Below, piece by piece: positions 52,417 through 57,729 of a stretch of 57,729 bases of DNA; the stretch's first letter is position 1; each line of letters starts with the position of its first letter. Below the pieces are notes generated by a model that searched no databases, was not told the DNA's origin, and worked only from the letters and a program-made list of their open reading frames with translations. The stretch comes from a virus (Duplodnaviria > Caudoviricetes), in the IMG/VR virus record IMGVR_UViG_3300042465_001383, positions 1 through 57,729 of that record, one strand, 5' to 3'. Both the position numbers and the translations under genes were made by a program.

Positions 52417-54929
52417 CAGAATTTCCCATCAGGTTGGTAACGGTATCGGATGTTTCCAAGCCGCCAGAATGAGTTCAGGTCGCTGCTTTCAACCCTGATC
52501 GCCACAAGCCTCGCGCGGAACCTTGGGGTGACAAAGTCGGTGCCTTGCGTAACCGTGAAGGAATACGTCCGTGGCGTGTCGCCAGGGTAGTCTACCGTGT
52601 AGAATGTGATGGTCACGGTGGCCCCTTGGGTTCCATTGTAGAGGCCCCACTTCATGTCCGGCCACACCTGATCCAAGAAGGTCTTCAGTTCGCCATCTTG
52701 AATGGCAAAGTAACCCGTCTGGAAAAACGAGTTGATCGGCGCACCATCGGCGTTGTTCGACGTTTCGTGCTGGTAGATGTTGTAATCGCCACCAGCGCCA
52801 ATCGGCGGGCCGTTCACGCCTTGGTCAATCCACGCCGTGCGGGTCAGTGTGCCAAAGTCCCATTGATTTGTCAGGGCGTTGTACTTGACGTATTTGGTTG
52901 CAACACCGCCGGACCCAATGGTGGGGTAATACCAAGAAATCTCACCAAAGCGAGAGTTCGGGGCGCACACCACGTTTTGCCAATAGGTTGTGTCAATGTC
53001 TTGGAAGATCACATCCCAGATCGGGCATTGGACGGGTTCCACACCAGAACCCGACAGCTTGAAGAACTGGCTTTGGCTCATCCAGTAGACGGTGCCAGCC
53101 AGCGTTCCGGCGGCCTTCCGGCCCACCAAGCCACAGCCAGACGCAACTTCGTTGAACGAGTAGACCAGCGGCAGGTTGATGTATTGCATCGACCACAGGG
53201 CAAGGTCGGTCCACAGCAAGCCCTGTTGCGGACCCTGAATGGCACCGACAATCTTGGAACCCTTGGGGATACGATACGAACCCGCTTGGTTGGTGACCGT
53301 GCCAACCCAATTGGTGAAGTTGCCGACATCACACCACCGCACAAGCAGTGGGTCTTGGAAGCCTGTGAATGTGGAGCCGAAGGCGATGATCTGGCGCTCT
53401 GGCATGGACACAAAACAGCCTTCGTTGACCAAAGGTGCATTAGGCACAACAACCGCGTGACCACTCGTATCTGACGGGTTCCAGTAAAAAATCTCCCCAG
53501 CGTGGGGCGATGCGATCAGATATTCACCCCAGTTGTCCAGCGCCCAGTCTGGCTCGGTAAGCGTGGGCATTTCAAAGCCCCACGCCGTCACGGTGATTGT
53601 CGTCCCCGTATCTGTAAACACGCCAGCAACGGTTATGACAAAAGTGCTGGAAGACGTACCAGCCGTGCCGCTGACAACCGTGTAAGTGCCATTAAAGTTT
53701 GTTGAACTGCTGACGGTGACGCGGGTTCCGGCGGGAACATAGACATTGGTTGGCAACGTGACGGTTGCCGTGGTGCCATTTCCGACAATGGTGATACCCG
53801 TGTAGACCCTGCCTGTGCCAGTGAATACAACTCCAGTGCCGTACCCGCCGTCCCCGTAGCCGCCAGCGCCATAACCAATCGGCGGTGTCGTCGGCTGTTG
53901 GCCAATGTAGTAATTTATCCGCGACAGGCCGCTGTTCATTTTGTAGGTTGTGGCGTCTGCGGTAACGGTTCCAAAGACAGTTGCAGCGCCAGGGTTGCTG
54001 GCCAGCGTGTAGCTGAACGATCCGGCGGAGGACGCCGTGACGGTGTACGTCCCATTGTAGCCAGCGGGGGTCATGCCAGCCACGACCACCGAGGTGCCAA
54101 TTGGAATGATCGCAGACCCACTTACGCCGATGGTGGCAACCGATGCCAGCCAACTTGCGGATGTGATGGTCAGGACGTTGGTTGGCGCGCTTGCTGCGGC
54201 AATCGTAAAGGTGCTGCTGTTTGTAACCGTTGTGACAATATAGTTCCCAAACAGAGAAAGGCCGCCCACGTTTGTGGATACCAAAACTGGAAAGGTAGAC
54301 CCGACAGCATACCCGTGGTCGGCCAATGTGACAGTTACCGTCTGAGTGGACGGGTTGGTTGTCGTCTTGAAGACAGGGGTAGCGCCGCCATTGGAGACGC
54401 TTGATGTGGCTAACGTTGGCGTTCCGATGACATTCTTGGCAAAGATGCTGTATGTGTTTGCACCATTTTGCTGGCATGGGTAAAACCCAAACAGCACAAG
54501 ACCGCCCACGCTGACCTGCGTCTGAATGTAGATTGAGTCGTACGATGAAACGTTAGAGTTGGTGTCTGTGATGACAACTTCCGAACTTCCGCTGACGGTG
54601 GTGAAGTCGGTTGTTATGTTGGCCGTGTAGTATTGCGGCGATATGTTGATGCCTGTGCCGCCGCTTTCGCTGGCAAACAAAGAGTTGTCAGCCCCAATTG
54701 CCAGATACTTGTGGGTGTTGATGTCGGACCATGCGTGGAGAGCGCGAACAGTGTTCCACTGCGCGTTTTGAATGAACCGTGTCCAGCCGCCAAGCTTTTG
54801 GGGCAAGCCTAAACCCTGCCGATCTGGCATAAAGCGGATCAGGTTGCTTTCAGAAACAGCAGCTTCGTTCAGGGCCGGAGTGCGGTTCTGATCAACACCT
54901 GGGATAAGCTTTAGGCTTGCATGGGGCAT
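52416..54929 (-). CDS. Tail nozzle / DNA stabilisation protein (P22 gp10-like)
   Basis: PG......RF..G.P.K.GGW, W.LDNWG..L, DP..VRW.D, QAG, WTD, W..G.L.RTAW, WR.G..R....PDG. Confidence 0.8.
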   Translation of the reverse strand: MPHASLKLIPGVDQNRTPALNEAAVSESNLIRFMPDRQGLGLPQKLGGWTRFIQNAQWNTVRALHAWSDINTHKYLAIGADNSLFASESGGTGINISPQYYTANITTDFTTVSGSSEVVITDTNSNVSSYDSIYIQTQVSVGGLVLFGFYPCQQNGANTYSIFAKNVIGTPTLATSSVSNGGATPVFKTTTNPSTQTVTVTLADHGYAVGSTFPVLVSTNVGGLSLFGNYIVTTVTNSSTFTIAAASAPTNVLTITSASWLASVATIGVSGSAIIPIGTSVVVAGMTPAGYNGTYTVTASSAGSFSYTLASNPGAATVFGTVTADATTYKMNSGLSRINYYIGQQPTTPPIGYGAGGYGDGGYGTGVVFTGTGRVYTGITIVGNGTTATVTLPTNVYVPAGTRVTVSSSTNFNGTYTVVSGTAGTSSSTFVITVAGVFTDTGTTITVTAWGFEMPTLTEPDWALDNWGEYLIASPHAGEIFYWNPSDTSGHAVVVPNAPLVNEGCFVSMPERQIIAFGSTFTGFQDPLLVRWCDVGNFTNWVGTVTNQAGSYRIPKGSKIVGAIQGPQQGLLWTDLALWSMQYINLPLVYSFNEVASGCGLVGRKAAGTLAGTVYWMSQSQFFKLSGSGVEPVQCPIWDVIFQDIDTTYWQNVVCAPNSRFGEISWYYPTIGSGGVATKYVKYNALTNQWDFGTLTRTAWIDQGVNGPPIGAGGDYNIYQHETSNNADGAPINSFFQTGYFAIQDGELKTFLDQVWPDMKWGLYNGTQGATVTITFYTVDYPGDTPRTYSFTVTQGTDFVTPRFRARLVAIRVESSDLNSFWRLGNIRYRYQPDGKF

Positions 54930-54932
54930 CTG

Positions 54933-55673
54933 TTAGCCTCGTGTTGGGCTGGCAACGGTTGCCGGACCTTGGGACGACCATGCCGCGCTTTCGAACTTCT
55001 TGCGGGCCTCTTCGACACCAGCCGACTTCAACAGCAACTGGTACTGGTTTTCGTAGCTCTGCGCCATCTGTGGGTCGTCGCTTTCTTTGCCAAAGTTCCG
55101 CTGGTAGGCTGAGATGTAGATCATCGACGCCATCACCAGAAGGTCGGGCAAGTACTGGCTGATGAAGGTTGTCGGCACAGCGGCAGCCAGCGGCGCTGGG
55201 CGGATCGTGCCAACCACTTCAACGTAATAGTCCACATCAGGCACGGGTCCGACAAGGAACAGCGTGTCGTTGAACGGCACAAAATACTTCGGCTGGCCCT
55301 GATTTGGTGGCAGTGACGACCCGTAGACCGCATCCAAGAACTCTTTGGTGGTGGGCATCAGCGGGGTGCGGGTTGCAAGGTCGGGGTCAATGTCACCAGC
55401 GGGGGTGATCAGGTTGATCTGTTCGCTGACCACGAAGGATGTGCCGTTACCCAAGTCTTGCGAAAATGACAGGTTCCGATTGCCCGCCGACAACTTGTAC
55501 CCCAAGCCGTGCAGAGACACGGACGTGAACAACAAGTCCAGATCGCGGCAAATGCGAAGGTTGGCATAGTCGATCATCATGGGCAGGATGGCCAAGAAGT
55601 TTGGGTCATCCTCCGCCACGACCGCCATCTGTGCGATCTGCGTCTTGTATGTGGTGTAAGTCAAGCCAGCCAT
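54933..55673 (-). CDS. Head-tail adaptor protein
   Basis: TY......I....A..RI.R.L, G.PKY, GP.PD..Y.VE, PDLL..AS; directly upstream of nozzle. Confidence 0.7.
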   Translation of the reverse strand: MAGLTYTTYKTQIAQMAVVAEDDPNFLAILPMMIDYANLRICRDLDLLFTSVSLHGLGYKLSAGNRNLSFSQDLGNGTSFVVSEQINLITPAGDIDPDLATRTPLMPTTKEFLDAVYGSSLPPNQGQPKYFVPFNDTLFLVGPVPDVDYYVEVVGTIRPAPLAAAVPTTFISQYLPDLLVMASMIYISAYQRNFGKESDDPQMAQSYENQYQLLLKSAGVEEARKKFESAAWSSQGPATVASPTRG

Positions 55674-55705
55674 GCCGTCACCCCTGTGTCTGCGATGACC
55701 TTACA

Positions 55706-56542
55706 TCATCCGAGCAGTTTAGCCAATGTCTTAGGTCCGACGATGCCATCAGCAGCCAGACCGTTGGCGGCCTGCCACTTTTTGACGGCGCTTTCGGTGC
55801 CAGAGCCAAACACGCCATCAGCTTCAAGACCCAGTTCAGCTTGCATCCGCTTGACGTTTTCCCCCGTGGAACCTTTCTTAAGGACGCCAGGAATGGTTGC
55901 CGCGTTGGCAATGGGTGCCGGAACTGCACCACCCAGAACGGTCAGTGCCGCCTCGTAGTGCTTGCGCCTATCCTCAAGGCCAATGGTCCCCCCATTCACC
56001 AGCTTGCTCATCTTGACAATGTCGCCCTCGTCGCAGGCCGTGTTGATCTTACGGCTGTTCCAATACCAGCAGGCGCTTTCCAGCGCCCCCTTCTTGGTCT
56101 GGACGTAGTCGATCACATCCGGCAGCGTCATCTTTATGGACAAGGCAAAGGCGCTGTAGTTATCGCGGCCCGTCAACTGGATCACGCCTCGCCCACGAAA
56201 TTTAAAACCATCCCCAGACGCAGTGTCGCCATTGCCCATGCGGTTGGCATAGATCACGTTGGCAATCTTCTCCGGCTGCTTGGCATAGTCAGCGGCGTTG
56301 CGTCCGGCCTTGGAAAAATATTTGGAGAAAAGCTTTTCCAAGGTTTCGGCGCGGTAGTTCAGATTTTCGGACAGCGCCGTAAAATTCATGCTCTCATGGC
56401 CCGTTTGCGCGAAAAATCCCGCAATACGGTTGGGGGTGTTGATCTCGTACTTGGGCAGGATTTCCACCGCAGCATCGGCCCAAGCCGCAGCATCCGCATT
56501 ACCATGCAGGATGTGGATGATGTGGTCTTTGGTCAGGATCAT
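55706..56542 (-). CDS. Endolysin: GH19 (chitinase-like) + C-terminal PG-binding domain
   Basis: R.A.F.AQ..HES, ENLNY, FRGRG.IQLTGR.NY, NGG..GL.DR; DG.FG..TE.AV..WQ...GL..DGIVGP.T. Confidence 0.95.
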   Translation of the reverse strand: MILTKDHIIHILHGNADAAAWADAAVEILPKYEINTPNRIAGFFAQTGHESMNFTALSENLNYRAETLEKLFSKYFSKAGRNAADYAKQPEKIANVIYANRMGNGDTASGDGFKFRGRGVIQLTGRDNYSAFALSIKMTLPDVIDYVQTKKGALESACWYWNSRKINTACDEGDIVKMSKLVNGGTIGLEDRRKHYEAALTVLGGAVPAPIANAATIPGVLKKGSTGENVKRMQAELGLEADGVFGSGTESAVKKWQAANGLAADGIVGPKTLAKLLG

Positions 56543-56991
56543 TTTTTACCCATGTACTTGCTGACAGCGCGGTTACCAAACCAGAACGAAATAATCGCAG
56601 CGAATAGTCCTTTGGTTTCGTCGTCAAACATCAGGTCAACGCCGGACATCCAATCTCCACCCTGTTCCGTTACCTTGACCATGATCACGACCTTGGTTGC
56701 CATGAATAGAGCAAAAAACATATAGGTGATAACAGGACGGACACTGGATGCAAGCTGTGCAGCAAATCCAGAAGAAGGGTTAGCATAGTTGTATATCGCC
56801 TTTGTTTCCTCAATCTCAGCCTGCTTGTCCATGACTTGCAGTTGAAGCTGCACACCCTGTGCCGCCATCTCACCTTGCAGTCGCATAGTCTCAATCTTGT
56901 TCCTATGCTCTTGCTTCTGTTGGAAGAAGCCAAGGATTTGCGGCAGGAACGATGTGCCGAAACCTAATAGGCTACCAAGAAGCGCAATCAT
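56539..56991 (-). CDS. Holin-like membrane protein
   Basis: SVRP.ITY, two TM segments, IISFWFG.R; precedes the endolysin. Confidence 0.75.
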   Translation of the reverse strand: MIALLGSLLGFGTSFLPQILGFFQQKQEHRNKIETMRLQGEMAAQGVQLQLQVMDKQAEIEETKAIYNYANPSSGFAAQLASSVRPVITYMFFALFMATKVVIMVKVTEQGGDWMSGVDLMFDDETKGLFAAIISFWFGNRAVSKYMGKK

Positions 56992-57251
56992 TCTTCCTTC
57001 TCCTCTTCCTTCTGGGGCTTGTTGTTGCTTGCCGCAAGAACGCCGCCCAAGGCCCCGACGATGAACGATGCAATTGGAGTCAGCAGTTCAAAAAACTTGC
57101 GGTCGTTTTCAGAGCTTTCGCCCATTGGCTGCGTCACGAAAACCAGCGAATAAAGAATGGTGAAGATCGTCCCGCCAAGAATGAAGGTCAGGGATATCCC
57201 AATGAAATATCGCAGTTTTGCTTCCAAAAATGCGGCGTCACCTTTTGCCAT
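56988..57251 (-). CDS. Two-TM membrane protein (lysis module)
   Basis: Two hydrophobic helices; coupled genes. Confidence 0.65.
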   Translation of the reverse strand: MAKGDAAFLEAKLRYFIGISLTFILGGTIFTILYSLVFVTQPMGESSENDRKFFELLTPIASFIVGALGGVLAASNNKPQKEEEKEE

Positions 57252-57432
57252 TTCGATCTCCCATTAGCTCTTCGGGGCAGGAATTTGAGGCTGTGCAGAC
57301 AGGGGGTTGGCATTGCTGCGTTGACCAGTTTTTCGGGTCTTGGCATGGGTAGCGGTAGAAACCATCCTTGGACATCACAAGGATGCCCACCAAGGCGGCG
57401 GCAAACAAAAGCCAAAGAAGTGTTTCTTTCAT
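57238..57432 (-). CDS. Small membrane-anchored Cys-rich protein
   Basis: N-terminal TM; YRYPCQDP.NW...C.PP.C.A...CP. Confidence 0.65.
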   Translation of the reverse strand: MKETLLWLLFAAALVGILVMSKDGFYRYPCQDPKNWSTQQCQPPVCTASNSCPEELMGDRNGKR

Positions 57433-57671
57433 TTGATGAGCCTTTCTAGTAGCCGCTCAATCTTGGCGTCAAGGTTGTCTATGCGGAGAATAACACGATT
57501 AATGTCCGCATGGACCTCCATTTTGGTAACATATTCTTTGGCAAGCTCTTCCCGCGTACGGTTCAACAAGATTTGCAGCCGCTGGATTTCGCCAAAGGCA
57601 TAACGCAGGATGCCCCCGATCAGGCCAAGGCCAACGGTAAGGATCGCGTTCCAAATCATTTCGGCTGGCAT
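57429..57671 (-). CDS. Small TM + coiled-coil protein (lysis module)
   Basis: N-terminal TM; LLN.TREE.A..YVTK...D.LD.KI. Confidence 0.7.
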   Translation of the reverse strand: MPAEMIWNAILTVGLGLIGGILRYAFGEIQRLQILLNRTREELAKEYVTKMEVHADINRVILRIDNLDAKIERLLERLIK

Positions 57672-57674
57672 CGT

Positions 57675-57729
57675 TTAGACCTCTGGGTATGGGAAGCGAG
57701 CTTCGATCTCAGCAATCTTGTCCAGCCAA
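57675..57729 (-). CDS. 3' fragment of a tail-fibre-associated protein (...WLDKIAEIEARFPYPEV)
   Basis: W...I..I..R.P.P C-terminal motif; truncated by window edge. Confidence 0.55.
   Translation of the reverse strand, partial: WLDKIAEIEARFPYPEV

Larger units (their letters stand above)
1..57729. mobile_element. Tailed dsDNA bacteriophage genome (podovirus-like, near complete, probably lytic)
   Basis: TerS/TerL, portal, scaffold, MCP, nozzle, ejection proteins, endolysin/holin and primase-helicase are all present; no host housekeeping genes; no integrase seen. Confidence 0.97.

Noticed and set aside
1-57729. Circular, complete genome
   Set aside because: The end fragments are in different frames and appear to belong to different genes; no terminal overlap is seen

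Overview
The whole window is a nearly complete (both ends fall inside tail genes) tailed dsDNA phage genome with podovirus-like organisation. It has a Mu-gpT-like major capsid protein, portal, TerS/TerL, nozzle and ejection proteins, and no tape measure protein, integrase or DNA polymerase. An RcGTA-type head-spike gene pair and a SleB hydrolase point to an alphaproteobacterial (possibly Rhodobacteraceae) host; this is inference. Layout: tail/head genes (1-21.5 kb, minus), packaging (23.6-26.3 kb), small early genes with repeated promoters and operators (26.4-31.4 kb), a probable origin (31.5-31.75 kb), a TAGT-like glycosyltransferase and primase-helicase (33-38 kb), recombination/replication genes (38.3-43.8 kb, plus), then tail, ejection and lysis genes (43.8-57.7 kb, minus). 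The most striking signal is a recurring [FYMLRK]-[AKS]-x-G-G motif. It sits at module boundaries in six probable virion-internal proteins: a peptide-string polyprotein, a double ADP-ribosyltransferase protein, a glycosylase-like/CmoA-like protein, two ejection proteins, and a protein with a duplicated 'GG..D..P....G[ES]YVIP' domain. This suggests an undescribed di-glycine-directed system for loading and processing injected effectors. Other points: a structured ~255-nt RNA next to an atypical tRNA(CAT), an apparently circularly permuted virion lysozyme, and an orphan DNA glycosyltransferase. All assignments come from motif recognition by eye; no searches were run.
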